The position numbers and the translations under genes were made by a program. Below are positions 1-14,984 of a stretch of 64,000 nt of DNA, one piece after another. Source of the DNA: Candidatus Limnocylindria bacterium (GTDB lineage: Bacteria > Chloroflexota > Limnocylindria > QHBO01); the NCBI GenBank assembly GCA_036556325.1, contig DATBJR010000043.1, forward strand, positions 3,285 to 67,284, given 5' to 3'. Numbering within the stretch: the stretch's first letter is position 1; the number at the start of each line of letters is the position of its first letter. The notes beneath the pieces are model-generated. The model searched no databases and was not told the origin of the DNA. It was given only the letters and a program-made list of their open reading frames with translations.

Positions 1-1
1 G

Positions 2-334
2 CTCGAGCAGGAGGAGCTGCGCGTCCTGCTGTTGAACACGAAGAACGTGGTGACCGGGATGGTCACCGTCTATCTCGGCAACCTGGCGGGCTCCTCGGTG
101 CGCGTGGGCGAGGTGTTCCGTGACGCGGTCCGTCGCCAGGCGGCGGCCATCGTGGTCGTCCACAATCACCCGTCCGGCGACCCATCACCGTCGGCCGACG
201 ACCTGCGCATCACCGCCGAGCTGGCGCAGGCGGGGCGGCTGCTCGACATTGAGCTGCTGGACCACGTGGTCGTTGCGCGCAACGGGTGGGTCAGCCTCCG
301 GGCCTTGGGCGCGACCAACGGCCAGCTGCCCTAG
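2..334 (+). CDS. radC: DNA repair protein RadC (JAMM/MPN domain), C-terminal part; 5' end lies outside the window
   Basis: Frame 2 is open from the first base. The [18 protein letters not shown] motif and C-terminal RadC-like sequence are present. The TTG at 32 is only the first in-window start-like codon. Confidence 0.85.
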   Translation, partial: LEQEELRVLLLNTKNVVTGMVTVYLGNLAGSSVRVGEVFRDAVRRQAAAIVVVHNHPSGDPSPSADDLRITAELAQAGRLLDIELLDHVVVARNGWVSLRALGATNGQLP

Positions 335-344
335 CGCCCGCGCC

Positions 345-1628
345 TCAGTGGCCGGCGACCACGTGGTAGACCGCCCCGCCGGCGATGTCGGCCACGAACA
401 GCTCGCCATCCTCGCCCGCGCCGAACGAGCTGATGGCCAGGTCGCTGTGCAGCACCGTGCGGGGCTGGTACCGGTGGCTGTCGACCTGGAGCGACCAGAC
501 CGTGCCGGAGCAATAGTCCCCGAACAGGTAGACGCCCCGCAGTCCCGGCTGCAGGGCGCCCCGGTATACGTAGCCGCCGGTCACCGAGCAGCCGGCATCG
601 TGGCCGTACTCGGCGATGGGATCCACGAACCGCGTGCGGTCGCAGCCGTCGGTGTAGCAGTGCAGCCCCTCGGTCTGGTTCCAGCCGTAGTTGCGACCCG
701 CCCTGGCCCCGGCTGGCTGGCGGTCGATCTCCTCCCACGCGTTCTGCCCGACGTCGCCGATGTAGAGGTCGCCGCGCTGGGCGTCGAAGCTGAACCGCCA
801 GGGGTTGCGCAGGCCCAGTGCCCAGATCTCCGGCGCTCCCTGGCCCGGACGCGGCCCATCCGGTCCGAACGCGTTGTCCGGCGGCAGGCCATATCCCCGG
901 CGTGCGGCGTGCGGCCCGTCCACGTCCAGGCGCAGGATCTTGCCCAGCAGCACGTCGGGGTTCTGGCCGTTGCCGAACGGGTCGCCGCCACTGCCGCCGT
1001 CACCGAGGCCCAGGTACAGGTAGCCGTCCGGGCCGAAGGCGAGCTGGCCGCCATTGTGGTTGGCGAACGGCTGGGCCACGGTCAGCAGCACCCGTTCGCT
1101 GGATGGGTCCGCGGTCTTCCCGTCGGCAGCGGCATGCAGCTCGCTGACCACCGTCGCGCCGTCGCCGGCGCGGCTGTAGTGCACGAACAGCCGGCGGTTG
1201 TCGGCGAAATGGGGATGAAAGGCCAGGCCCAGCAGCCCGCGCTCGCTGCCGGCCTCGACGCGGTCGGAGAGGTCGACGAAGGGCTGCTGACGCAGCGACC
1301 CGTCACGGTCGATCACCCGCACCACGCCACCGCGCTCGTTGACGAAGAGACGCCCGGACCCGTCGCCGGCATTCGTGATCCCGATGGGATCGGCCAGGCC
1401 GCTGGCCACCTCGTCCAGGTGAATCGCATCCGGGTCGGCCGATGGCGGGTGGCTGCTGGCGGCGGGACTGGGCGACGCCGCCGCCGGGACCGATGCGGAG
1501 GAGCTTGCCGCGGCCGATGGGACCGTGCTCGGGGACGCCGCGCTGCACGCGCCCATTCCCACCGCCAGGGCCGCGAGGCACGCCAGAACGGCGGCGAGGT
1601 GGCGAAGCGTGCGGGCTGATCCCATCAC
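345..1628 (-). CDS. PQQ-dependent sugar (glucose/sorbosone) dehydrogenase, secreted/lipoprotein-like
   Basis: N-terminal signal peptide ending near GMGAC followed by a Ser/Ala/Pro linker. Motifs GLLGLAFHP, NHNGG and GLRNPWR are typical of soluble PQQ dehydrogenase beta-propellers (YliI/Gdh_B type). Confidence 0.8.
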   Translation of the reverse strand: MMGSARTLRHLAAVLACLAALAVGMGACSAASPSTVPSAAASSSASVPAAASPSPAASSHPPSADPDAIHLDEVASGLADPIGITNAGDGSGRLFVNERGGVVRVIDRDGSLRQQPFVDLSDRVEAGSERGLLGLAFHPHFADNRRLFVHYSRAGDGATVVSELHAAADGKTADPSSERVLLTVAQPFANHNGGQLAFGPDGYLYLGLGDGGSGGDPFGNGQNPDVLLGKILRLDVDGPHAARRGYGLPPDNAFGPDGPRPGQGAPEIWALGLRNPWRFSFDAQRGDLYIGDVGQNAWEEIDRQPAGARAGRNYGWNQTEGLHCYTDGCDRTRFVDPIAEYGHDAGCSVTGGYVYRGALQPGLRGVYLFGDYCSGTVWSLQVDSHRYQPRTVLHSDLAISSFGAGEDGELFVADIAGGAVYHVVAGH

Positions 1629-1709
1629 GGCAGACTACCCCGACACCTCGCAGATGGTTGCGAGGCCCCATCAGCGGCGTGGCCCCGTGCGCCCGGTGGA
1701 TACGGTAGG

Positions 1710-3872
1710 GTGATCGGCGGACCGATGACGACGACCCGATCACGCACCCACCGCGCCCAGTCGGCCCCGCCCGCCGGTGGCGGCGCGTCGGGCGGCGCCC
1801 CGGCGCCGGACACCGGAGACGAAGGGCAGGAGCCGGCGGCCGACGAGCTCGGCACCCGGCGCAGCATCTGCATCGAGCGCATCAGCCCCATGCTCGACGG
1901 CGGCCGCTATGCGGTGAAGCGGATCGTCGGGGACGAGCTGCTGGTGACGGCCGATATCTTCGCCGAGGGCCACGGGCTGCTCGACGCGGCGCTGCTGCTG
2001 CGGGTCGAGGGCGGCGCGGCGCGCGGCGCGTGGCGCGAGGCGCCGATGCGGCCCGTCGAGAACGATCGCTGGTCGGGCTCGCTGCGGGTCGAGCGCAACG
2101 CCCGCCACCGCTACGCGATTGAGGCCTGGCGCGACGAATACGGCAGCCTGCGCGAGGCGTTGCTGAAGAAGGTGGAGGGCGAGGTTCCGTTCGCGGTGGA
2201 GCTCGAGGAGGCGCGGCTGCTGCTGGAGGCGGCACGGGCGCGGGCGGAGGCATCCGGTCGGGGTGGCCAGGTTGACGCGGCGCGCATTGCCGAATCGCTC
2301 GCGGCCCTGCGGCGCGCCCGGAGCGACGCGAGCCGGGCCCTCGTGGCCAGCGACGAGGAGCTGTTGGGCGCTGTTCGCCGCCATCCCGACCGCGGCGCGG
2401 CGACACGGTCCGCAGAGCTGCCGCTCATGGTCGACCGGGAGCGGGCGCGCTTCGGCGCTTGGTACGAGCTCTTCCCGCGCTCCCAGGGCCGCGATCCCAG
2501 CTCACCGGCGCCCACGACCTTCGACGAGGCAGCCTGGCGGCTGCCGGACATCTCCCGGATGGGGTTCGACGTGGTGTACCTACCGCCGGTGCACCCCATC
2601 GGCAGAACCAACCGCAAGGGCCGGAACAACACGCTCAAGGCCGGGCGGGACGACCCGGGCAGCCCGTACGCCATCGGCTCGGCCGACGGCGGTCATGACG
2701 TGGTCGCGCCGGAGCTCGGCGGCGAGGCCGCCTTCCTGCGATTTCGCGAGGCGGTGGAGGCGCACGGCATGGAGCTGGCGATGGACATCGCCATCCAGGC
2801 CTCGCCCGACCATCCGTGGGTGCGGGAGCACCCCGAGTGGTTTCGCCACGCGCCCGACGGCTCGATCAAGCATGCGGAGAACCCACCGAAGCAATACCAG
2901 GACATCTATCCCATCGAGTTCGGCAGCCAGTCGGCCGCGGCCCGCGCCGCGCTGTGGCAGGCGTGGCGCGACGTCTTCGCCGCGTGGATCGGGCGCGGCG
3001 TCCGAGTCTTTCGGGTCGACAACCCGCATACCAAGCCGCTGCCCTTCTGGCGATGGCTGATCGAGGACGTGCAGCGCGAGCACCCCGACGTGATCTTCCT
3101 GTCCGAGGCGTTCACCAGGCCGCGGATGATGGAGCAGCTGGCGAAGATTGGCTTCACCCAGAGCTACACCTACTTCACCTGGCGCGAGTCGCGGGACGAG
3201 CTGCGGGACTACTTCACCCAGCTGTCCCAGACGGAGCTGCGCGACTACTTCCGCGGAAACCTGTTCACCAACACGCCGGACATCAATCCGCACCACCTCG
3301 ACCACGGTCGCCCGGCGTTCGTCATCCGCACGGTGCTGGCGGCCACGCTCGGCTCCAGCTACGGGATCTACTCTGGCTGGGAGCTGTGCGAGAACGCTCG
3401 CCTTGAGGATCGGGAGGAGTACCTGGATTCGGAGAAGTACGAGATTCGCGCTCGTGACTGGGAGGCGCCGGGCAACATCAAGCCGTTGATCACCAGCCTC
3501 AACCGGCTGCGCCGCGAGTGGCGCTCGCTGCAGCTGTTCGACAACCTGCGCTTCCAGTACGTCACCGGCGAGCGGACGCTCTTCTACCGCAAGGCGCTGC
3601 CCGCCGGGAAGCCCGACGCGCTGACGGGGCATCCGCTTCGCTGGCGAGAGCCCGTGTTCGTGGCGGTGAACTGCGATCCGGCCAGCGGCGAGCGGGCGAT
3701 CCTGCATCCGGATCTGCCGGCGGTGGGCATCGGCTGGGACGAGCCGTACGAGATGATCGATCTGCTCAGCGGCCGCGTCCGTCGCGAGCGGGGCGCCGAT
3801 GTGGCGGTGGAGCTCGACCCCATGGACGAGCCGTTCCGCATCTTCACCGTCCGGCGCGCGAGCGACCCGTGA
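1710..3872 (+). CDS. glgE: alpha-1,4-glucan:maltose-1-phosphate maltosyltransferase GlgE
   Basis: 720 aa. Long stretches (RFGAWYELFPRS, GFDVVYLPPVHPIG, KGRNN, ENPPKQYQDIYP, FRVDNPHTKP) match the conserved GlgE core (GH13_3). Confidence 0.92.
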   Translation: MIGGPMTTTRSRTHRAQSAPPAGGGASGGAPAPDTGDEGQEPAADELGTRRSICIERISPMLDGGRYAVKRIVGDELLVTADIFAEGHGLLDAALLLRVEGGAARGAWREAPMRPVENDRWSGSLRVERNARHRYAIEAWRDEYGSLREALLKKVEGEVPFAVELEEARLLLEAARARAEASGRGGQVDAARIAESLAALRRARSDASRALVASDEELLGAVRRHPDRGAATRSAELPLMVDRERARFGAWYELFPRSQGRDPSSPAPTTFDEAAWRLPDISRMGFDVVYLPPVHPIGRTNRKGRNNTLKAGRDDPGSPYAIGSADGGHDVVAPELGGEAAFLRFREAVEAHGMELAMDIAIQASPDHPWVREHPEWFRHAPDGSIKHAENPPKQYQDIYPIEFGSQSAAARAALWQAWRDVFAAWIGRGVRVFRVDNPHTKPLPFWRWLIEDVQREHPDVIFLSEAFTRPRMMEQLAKIGFTQSYTYFTWRESRDELRDYFTQLSQTELRDYFRGNLFTNTPDINPHHLDHGRPAFVIRTVLAATLGSSYGIYSGWELCENARLEDREEYLDSEKYEIRARDWEAPGNIKPLITSLNRLRREWRSLQLFDNLRFQYVTGERTLFYRKALPAGKPDALTGHPLRWREPVFVAVNCDPASGERAILHPDLPAVGIGWDEPYEMIDLLSGRVRRERGADVAVELDPMDEPFRIFTVRRASDP

Positions 3873-3900
3873 CCTCCCCCTCCCGGCTACCCTCACGCCG

Positions 3901-5641
<1,741 letters not shown>

Positions 5642-5661
<20 letters not shown>

Positions 5662-6939
5662 CGTCGTCATCGACGCCGGCTGGCTTGCCTCACGACGCTG
5701 GTTCCGCCACAAGGCACGGCCGATCAGGTCCGTTCGCGTGAGCGACGCGGTGGCGCTGGGCCGTGGCTGCTCCTTGCTGGTGCTGGCGGCGCAGCTGGCC
5801 TCGGCGGAGGAGGTGCGCTACTTCGTGCCGGCGACCGGCTCCGGGGGCGAGCTGCACGAGCCGAACGACGGCGACGGCGGCTGGCGCGCCCTGCTGCGCT
5901 GGCTGGTCGCCGAGGATGGCACGGTGCCGTCCGACCACGGCACCTTCGTGGCGCACTCCGGGCCGGCCACCGAGCTGCTGCCGCCCGCCGGCGAGGTCAC
6001 GGGCCTCGAGGAGCGGCGGCTCGGTGCGCAGCAGAGCAACACCTCGGTGCGGCTCGGCGATCGGCTGCTGCTCAAGCTGTACCGGCTGCTCGAGGAAGGG
6101 ACCAACCCGGAGGTCGAGGTCTGCGCGTTCCTGAACGCGGCAGGCTTCCGGCACGTGCCGCCGGTCGCCGGCTGGATCGAATATCGCGCGGATGACGCGA
6201 GCGCAGCGGTCGCCATCGTGCAGGGCCTGGTCCCGGCCCGCGGCGATGCCTGGGAATGGATGCTTGACCGCCTGGCATCGGTCCCGCGCGGCCCGGCCGT
6301 GGCCCTGGCCGCGGTGGCGCAGCTGGGCGGCATCACGTCCGAGCTGCACGCCGCGCTGCGCTCCCGGCCCGACGCCGCGGGGTTCGAGGCGGGTCCGGCC
6401 ACGCCCGATGACCTGCGTGCCTGGCATGCCGGCGCCGAAGCGCAGCTGGCCGCGGCTCGGGCCATTCTGACCGGCGAGCCCGCCGAGCAGCTGGGCGACC
6501 TGGCGCCAGACATCTCGCACGCGCTGGCGGCCATCCCGGCGGCGTCCACCGCCATCCGGTCGCGGATCCACGGCGACTACCACCTCGGCCAGCTGCTGGC
6601 CACCGAGTCGGGCTTCGTGGTGATCGACTTCGAGGGAGAGCCGGCCCGTCCACTGGCCGAGCGCCGCCGGCCGGCCTCCCCACTGCGCGACGTGGCCGGC
6701 ATGCTCCGCAGCCTGGACTACGCCGCCCGCACGGCGGAGCGCAGCTCAGGCGGCGCGGACCTGTCGAGCTGGCTGGCCGACGCACGGGCCGCGTTCCTGG
6801 CGGCCTACGGTGAAGCCGCCGACGCCGCACTGCTGCGGGCATTCGAGGTCGAGAAAGCCTGCTACGAGGTGCGCTACGAGGCGAACCACCGGCCGGACTG
6901 GGTGTGGCTGCCCCTCCAGGCGCTCGAGCGGCTGGTGGC

Positions 6940-6943
<4 letters not shown>
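5642..6943 (+). CDS. mak: maltokinase (maltose 1-phosphate-forming; Pep2/Mak), aminoglycoside-phosphotransferase-like fold
   Basis: Sits immediately after treS, and overlaps it by 20 nt (11 nt if the ATG at 5651 is used). The kinase-like motif [17 protein letters not shown] is present. Its position between treS and the glgX/malQ genes fits the GlgE pathway. Confidence 0.8.
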
Positions 6944-9053
<2,110 letters not shown>

Positions 9054-9057
<4 letters not shown>

Positions 9058-10883
9058 CGGCGGCCCCGACGCCCGTCGAGGCTCGCTGGGTCGACGCCTG
9101 GCGGCGGCAGCGCACCACCAGCCCGGCGGCGCGCAAGGCGGTGCTCGACAGCATGCGGCTGGCGCCGGGCGAGCTGGAAGGCGCCGAGGCGTCCGTCGTG
9201 GTGGCGGCGCCGGGCGCGCAGCTGGCGAGGGCCGGTGCGGTGGTGACCGAGGACGGCGACGACCTCGGACACCTCACCCGCCTGCCGGATGACCTGCCAT
9301 TCGGCTACCACCGCCTGCGCCGCGGAACGGACGAGCAGCTCCTGCTGGTGGCGCCAGCTCGCTGTGCGCTACCGCCGGACCTGCGCACCTGGGGCTGGGC
9401 CGTCCAGCTGTACGCGGTCCGCAGCCGGGGCAGCTGGGGGATCGGCGACCTGGCTGACCTGCGTCGCCTGGGGACGTGGTCGCGCTCGCTGGGGGCCGGC
9501 GCCATGCTGGTCAGCCCACTGGCCGCGGCCAACCCCGGGCCGGACCCGGAGCCCAGCCCCTACTACCCCAGCTCGCGACGCTTTCGCAGCCCGCTGTACC
9601 TGGCGGTCGAGGCGGTGCCCGGGTACGCCGCGCTGGCCGCCGAGGTGGCGCCGTTGGTCGAGGAGGCGCGCCGGCTCAACGACGATCCGGCCATCGACCG
9701 CCCGGCGGTGCAGGCCGTCAAGCTGCGGGCGCTGGAGCGCATCTGGGCCAGGCCGCATCCGGGGCGGCATGCCGAGCTGGCACGGTTCCGCGCCGACGGC
9801 GGGGAGGCGCTGCGGCGCTGGGCGGTCTTTGCCGCGCTGTCCGAGCGGCATGGCCCCGGCTGGCAGCGCTGGCCGGCGAATCTGCGCGACCCCGACGGTG
9901 CGGCGGTGCGCCGCGCGGAGCGGGAGCTCGCGCATCGGACAGGGTTCCATGCGTGGCTCCAGCTGCTGCTCGCCGGACAGCTGGCCAGCGCCGGCGGCGG
10001 GCTGCGCCTGATCAGCGACCTGCCGCTCGGCTTCGACCCCGGCGGCTTCGACGCGTGGTGCTGGCAGCCGCTGCTGGCCGCGGCGAGCTTGGGTGCGCCG
10101 CCGGATCGGTTCAACCCGGGCGGCCAGCGCTGGGGGCTGCCGCCGTTCGTCCCGGCCCGGCTGCGCCTGGCGCGGTACGAGCCGTTCGTGGACACCATTC
10201 GGGCCGTGCTCAGCCACGGCGGCGGGCTGCGGATCGACCACGTCCTGGGCCTCTTTCGCCAGTGGTGGGTCCCCGACGGCGGCGCGCCGGAGGATGGTGC
10301 CTACGTCACCCAGCCCGCCGACGAGCTGCTGGCGGTGCTGGCCATCGAGAGCACGAGGACCGGGGCGATCGTCATCGGCGAAGACCTCGGCACGGTGCCG
10401 GTCGGCATCCGCCGCCGGCTGGCAGCCGCCAACGTCCTCTCGACCCGGCTCGCCTATTTCGAAGCACGGCCGGCGTCGCGCTGGCCACGGCGCTCGGTGG
10501 CGGCGGTCACCACCCACGACCTGCCGACCCTGGCCGGCACCTGGACGGGAGCCGATCTCGGCGACCAGGCCGCTGCCGGGCTCGACCCCGACCGTCGCGC
10601 CGCCGACCTGCTCCGGCGCCGCCTGGCGCGCAGCGGCTCGATCGCGGAGGATGCGGATCTGCCGGCAGCCCTGCTGGCCACCCATCGCGCGATCGCCGCG
10701 GCGCCCTCAGTCCTCGCCCTGGCCACCCTGGAGGATGCCGCCCGCGACCCACGCCGGCCAAACCTGCCCGGCACGTCGCGCGAGCAGCGCGACAACTGGT
10801 CGCGGGCGCTGCCGCTGCCGCTGGAGGAGCTGGAGCAGGACCCGCTGGTCGCACGCCTGGCGCAGGTGATGACCCGGGCCTAG
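9054..10883 (+). CDS. malQ: 4-alpha-glucanotransferase (amylomaltase) MalQ
   Basis: [10 protein letters not shown] motif (the typical FGIGDF equivalent) and GH77-like length. The GTG start overlaps the glgX stop (GTGA). Confidence 0.85.
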
Positions 10884-13081
10884 CCCTCGGGCAGCAGCAC
10901 CAGGGTGGCCAGTGGTGGCAGGGTCAGCGTGACCGATGCCGGCTGGCCGTGCCACGGCTCCGCATTGGCCTCGATGCCGCCCAGGTTCCCGAGGTTCGAG
11001 CCGCCGTAATGCTCCGAGTCGCTGTTCAGCGCCTCACGCCAGTGTCGCCGCCGGGGAACGCCGAGCCGGTACGCGCTGCGCGGCACCGGGGTGAGGTTCT
11101 GGACCACCACCGCCACCTCGTCACCGGCACGGCGGATCCAGCTGAACACCGACGACTCCACGTCGGAGGCATCGATCCAGGCGAAGGTCCCCGGTTCGGG
11201 GTCGGCCGCCCACAGCGCCGGGGTGGCGCGGTACAACGCCCCGAGGTCCGCCAGGAAGCGGCCGAAGCCGGCCCGCAGCGGCTCATCGGCCAGCGCGAAG
11301 TCGAGCGCCCGGTCGTGGCTCCACTCGGTCCAGGGCGCGAGCTCCGAGCCCATGAACAGCAGCTTCTTGCCCGGCTGGGTGTACATGTTGGCGATCAGGC
11401 AGCGCAGGTTGGCGAAGCGCTGCCACTCGTCGCCGGGCATCTTGGCCAGCAGCGAGCCCTTGCCGTGGACCACCTCGTCATGCGAGAGCGGCAGCACGAA
11501 GTGCTCGGTGTGCAGGTAGAGGGCCCGGAAGGTCAGCCTGTTGTGGTGGTAGCGCCGATGGACCGGATCCTCGTGGAAGTAGGCCAGCGTGTCGTGCATC
11601 CAGCCCATGTCCCATTTGAAGCCGAAGCCTAGCCCGCCCAGGTAGGTGGGTCGCGTGACGCCCGGGAAGGCGGTGGACTCCTCGGCGATGGTCACCACGC
11701 CCGGATGGCGGCCGTAGACCTTTTCGTTGACCTCGCGCAGGAAGGCAATCGCCTCCAGGTTCTCGTTGCCGCCGTACTGGTTGGGCTGCCACTCCCCGGC
11801 CTGGCGCGAGTAGTCGAGGTAGAGCATCGAGGCCACGGCGTCGACCCGCAGGCCGTCGATGTGGTAGCGGTCGCACCAGAACAGGGCGTTGGCCACCAGG
11901 AAGTTGCGCACCTCGGCGCGGCCGTAGTCGAAGATCAGCGTGCCCCAGTCAGGGTGCTGGCCGCGCTTGGGGTCGGCGTGCTCGTAGAGCGGCGTGCCAT
12001 CGAACTGGCGCAGGGCGAAATCGTCGTTGGGGAAATGCGCCGGCACCCAGTCGAGGATCACGCCGATCCCCGCCCGGTGCAGCGTGTCCACCAAGGCCCG
12101 GAAGTCGTCCGGCGTCCCGAAGCGCGCGGTCGGGGCGTAGTACCCGGTGACCTGGTAGCCCCACGAGCCGTCGAAGGGGTGCTCGGCCACCGGCAGCAGC
12201 TCGACGTGGGTGAAGCCGAAGCGCCGGCAGTGCTCCACCAGCCGCTCCCCGGCCTGGCGGTAGCCCAGCCAGGAGCCGTCGGGGTTCCGCATCCACGAGC
12301 CCAGGTGGACCTCGTAGATGGCCATCGGCTGGCGATACGGGTCGGTCACGGCCCGGCGCGCCATCCAGTCCGCATCGGTCCAGGCCTCGTCGGAGCCGAG
12401 GTCCCACACCCGGGACGCGGTCTCCGGCCGCACCTGCTGCGAGAAGGCCATGGGATCCGCCTTGACGCGCAGGCGCCCGTCGGCGCCGAGGACCTCGTAC
12501 TTGTAGAGCTCGCCGGCGCCGATCCCGGGGACGAATAGCTCCCACACGCCGGATGCTCCGAGCGAGCGCATCGGGAAGAGCCGTCCGTCCCAGCGGTCGA
12601 AGTCGCCGACCACCCGCACGCTGCGGGCGTTCGGCGCCCAGACGGCGAAGGCGACGCCTGCCACGCCGCTCGCGGTTCGGGGATGTGCGCCGAGCACCTC
12701 CCACAGCCGTTCGTGGCTGCCCTCGCCGATCAGGTGCAGGTCCAGCTCGCCAAGGGTCGGCAGGAAGCGATACGGGTCGCCCCGCTCCCAGGCGTTGCCG
12801 TCGGCGAAGCGGAAGCGGAGCCGGTACTCCGCTCCCGGGGCGAGCGGGGTGGCCGCCGCCCAGAGACCGCCACCCAGCGGTTCCATGGGCGTCGCCGCAT
12901 CACCGCCGAGCAGCTCCACGCCGGTCGCGTCGGGGTGGAAGGCACGGACCACGGACCCATGCTCGCCGCCGTGCAGTCCCAGGATCGCGTGCGGCTGGTG
13001 ATGCTCGCCGGCGGTCAGCCGGGCGGCCTCGGCGGCAGTCGGGCGCAGCAGGGGAGTGGTCGAGGGGGTGGGCCTAGCCAT
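10880..13081 (-). CDS. glgB: 1,4-alpha-glucan branching enzyme GlgB
   Basis: 733 aa with GH13_9 motifs ([54 protein letters not shown]). It is convergent with malQ and their 3' ends overlap slightly. Confidence 0.92.
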   Translation of the reverse strand: MARPTPSTTPLLRPTAAEAARLTAGEHHQPHAILGLHGGEHGSVVRAFHPDATGVELLGGDAATPMEPLGGGLWAAATPLAPGAEYRLRFRFADGNAWERGDPYRFLPTLGELDLHLIGEGSHERLWEVLGAHPRTASGVAGVAFAVWAPNARSVRVVGDFDRWDGRLFPMRSLGASGVWELFVPGIGAGELYKYEVLGADGRLRVKADPMAFSQQVRPETASRVWDLGSDEAWTDADWMARRAVTDPYRQPMAIYEVHLGSWMRNPDGSWLGYRQAGERLVEHCRRFGFTHVELLPVAEHPFDGSWGYQVTGYYAPTARFGTPDDFRALVDTLHRAGIGVILDWVPAHFPNDDFALRQFDGTPLYEHADPKRGQHPDWGTLIFDYGRAEVRNFLVANALFWCDRYHIDGLRVDAVASMLYLDYSRQAGEWQPNQYGGNENLEAIAFLREVNEKVYGRHPGVVTIAEESTAFPGVTRPTYLGGLGFGFKWDMGWMHDTLAYFHEDPVHRRYHHNRLTFRALYLHTEHFVLPLSHDEVVHGKGSLLAKMPGDEWQRFANLRCLIANMYTQPGKKLLFMGSELAPWTEWSHDRALDFALADEPLRAGFGRFLADLGALYRATPALWAADPEPGTFAWIDASDVESSVFSWIRRAGDEVAVVVQNLTPVPRSAYRLGVPRRRHWREALNSDSEHYGGSNLGNLGGIEANAEPWHGQPASVTLTLPPLATLVLLPEG

Positions 13082-13772
13082 CGGCCTTGGCGCCGGCTAC
13101 GGATAGGTCGCGGTCCTGCATCTCCCAGGCATGGTCGAGGACGTGGTAGGCGGAGTGGCGGATGAGGTAGGGGATCGTCCACTTGCCCAGTGGCCGGCCC
13201 TCGGCGCGCCAGCCGCGCATCGCCTCCACGAAGCGATCCCGGTGGCCGGCACGGCCCTTGGCCGGCAGCAGCTCCTGCCACGCGGCCGGCTCGGGCACCT
13301 TGACACGCTTGGCGAAGTCGCCGCTCTCGACGCGCAGCACATGGCCGACGATCTCGTCGCGGGACCGGCCACCACCGCGCGGCCCGGGTCGCAGCTCGGC
13401 CGAGACCTGCCCCGCCACCTCGTCGAACTCGGCCCACGCCGCGCGCAGCAGCGCAATCCAGCGCGCGAAGGTGGCGTCGTCCATCGGCTCCCGGTCCTCC
13501 GCCGATGGTGCGAACGAGATGCCCCAGAAGTCGGTCGAGCCGGTGCCGGTGTGGTGGGCGACGACAGTGGTCGCCGCCTGACGCTCCAGCTCCGCGCCCA
13601 GGCGGGCACGCCGCGCCACCGGCAGATAGCGCGGCCGGTAGCTGCGCAGCTTCTCGACCGCCTCCTCTTCGCTCTTGCCGTTCCGCTCCAGGCCGGGCCA
13701 GTCGCCGGCGATGGCGACCCAGCGCTTTCCCTTCGGCGCCTCCTCGATCAGGACGCGCAACCGCTCAGTCAT
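13074..13772 (-). CDS. hypothetical protein; N-terminal HicB/UPF0150-like segment and C-terminal DinB/YfiT-like His-rich segment (tentative)
   Basis: Coherent ORF upstream of glgB. The N-terminus ([31 protein letters not shown]) resembles HicB-type antitoxin folds. The C-terminus ([13 protein letters not shown]) resembles DinB_2 metal-binding helices. Domain calls are weak. Confidence 0.5.
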   Translation of the reverse strand: MTERLRVLIEEAPKGKRWVAIAGDWPGLERNGKSEEEAVEKLRSYRPRYLPVARRARLGAELERQAATTVVAHHTGTGSTDFWGISFAPSAEDREPMDDATFARWIALLRAAWAEFDEVAGQVSAELRPGPRGGGRSRDEIVGHVLRVESGDFAKRVKVPEPAAWQELLPAKGRAGHRDRFVEAMRGWRAEGRPLGKWTIPYLIRHSAYHVLDHAWEMQDRDLSVAGAKADG

Positions 13773-13901
13773 CCCCTACACGCTACAGGACCAGTCCGGG
13801 GACCGTTCGAGGCGGGACCCGTGTGCTAGGGTTGCGACGCCCACCGAACCGACAGCGGAACCGTCGGTGCCACGGTCCGCGAAGCACCACGAGAGGAATC
13901 C

Positions 13902-14957
13902 TTGGGACTCTTCGACGGCCTGCTCGGCATCCTCAGCCACGATGTTGGCATCGACCTTGGGACGGCGAACACGCTGGTCACGGTCCGGCACCGCGGCATC
14001 GTCATCAGCGAGCCAAGCGTGGTGGCCATGGACACCCGCAGCAAGCGGGTCCTGGCCATCGGCGCGGAGGCCAAGCGGATGGTCGGTCGCACACCTGCCA
14101 ACATCGTCGCCATCCGGCCGCTGCGCGACGGCGTCATCAGCGACTTCGACGTCACCGAGCAGATGATCCGCTACTTCATCGCCAAGGTGCACGAGCGCTT
14201 CGCCCAGATCCGCCGGCCACGCGTCCTGGTCGGCATCCCGTCAGGGGTGACCGAGGTCGAGAAGCGTGCCGTGCGCGACGCGACCGTGAACGCCGGTGCG
14301 CGGTGGGCCCGTCTCATCGAAGAGCCCATGGCGGCCGCAATCGGCGCCGGGCTGCCGGTGTCGGAGCCGTCCGGCAGCCTGATCGTGGACATCGGCGGCG
14401 GGACGACCGAGGTGGCGGTCATCAGCCTGGGCGGCATCGTGGTCAGCCGCAGCGTGCGCATCGGTGGCGACGAGATGGACACCGACATCGTCAGCTTCGC
14501 GCGCCGGGAGTACAACCTGCTCATGGGCGAGCGCACCGCCGAGGAGATCAAGATCGCCGTCGGCTCTGCGTACCCAATCGAGGACAGCCGCACCGTCACG
14601 TTCCGCGGTCGCGACCTGCTCACCGGGCTGCCGCGCAGCGTGGAGGTGGGCAGCGATCAGATCCGCGAGGCGCTGGAGCCGTCCGTGGCGCAGATCATCG
14701 ACGCCATCAAGGAGACGATCGAGGAGACGCCGCCGGAGCTGGTGGCCGACATCATGGACCAGGGCATCGTCCTGGCCGGCGGCGGCGCGCTGCTCGCGGG
14801 GCTGGACAAGCGGGTGGCGGAGGCGACCCAGATGCCAGTCCACATCGCCGACGATCCGCTGACCTGCGTGGTGCGTGGCACCGGGCGCGTCCTGGAGGAC
14901 CTGGATGCCCTGGAGCGGGTCCTGGTCAGCGAGCAGTACACCCGCGCGCCGCGCTGA
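13902..14957 (+). CDS. mreB: rod shape-determining actin homolog MreB
   Basis: The GIDLGTANTLV start, an actin-fold phosphate loop and the IVDIGGGTTEVAVISLGG motif. Full length is 351 aa. Confidence 0.95.
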   Translation: MGLFDGLLGILSHDVGIDLGTANTLVTVRHRGIVISEPSVVAMDTRSKRVLAIGAEAKRMVGRTPANIVAIRPLRDGVISDFDVTEQMIRYFIAKVHERFAQIRRPRVLVGIPSGVTEVEKRAVRDATVNAGARWARLIEEPMAAAIGAGLPVSEPSGSLIVDIGGGTTEVAVISLGGIVVSRSVRIGGDEMDTDIVSFARREYNLLMGERTAEEIKIAVGSAYPIEDSRTVTFRGRDLLTGLPRSVEVGSDQIREALEPSVAQIIDAIKETIEETPPELVADIMDQGIVLAGGGALLAGLDKRVAEATQMPVHIADDPLTCVVRGTGRVLEDLDALERVLVSEQYTRAPR

Positions 14958-14984
14958 CGGGCGCGGCGGCATCGGCTCGAACCG

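Noticed and set aside
3799-3900. Upstream extension of the treS ORF overlapping glgE by 74 nt
   Set aside because: The extension is Ser/Arg/Pro-rich, with no similarity to TreS N-termini. The ATG at 3901 follows the glgE stop by 29 nt and begins a plausible N-terminus.
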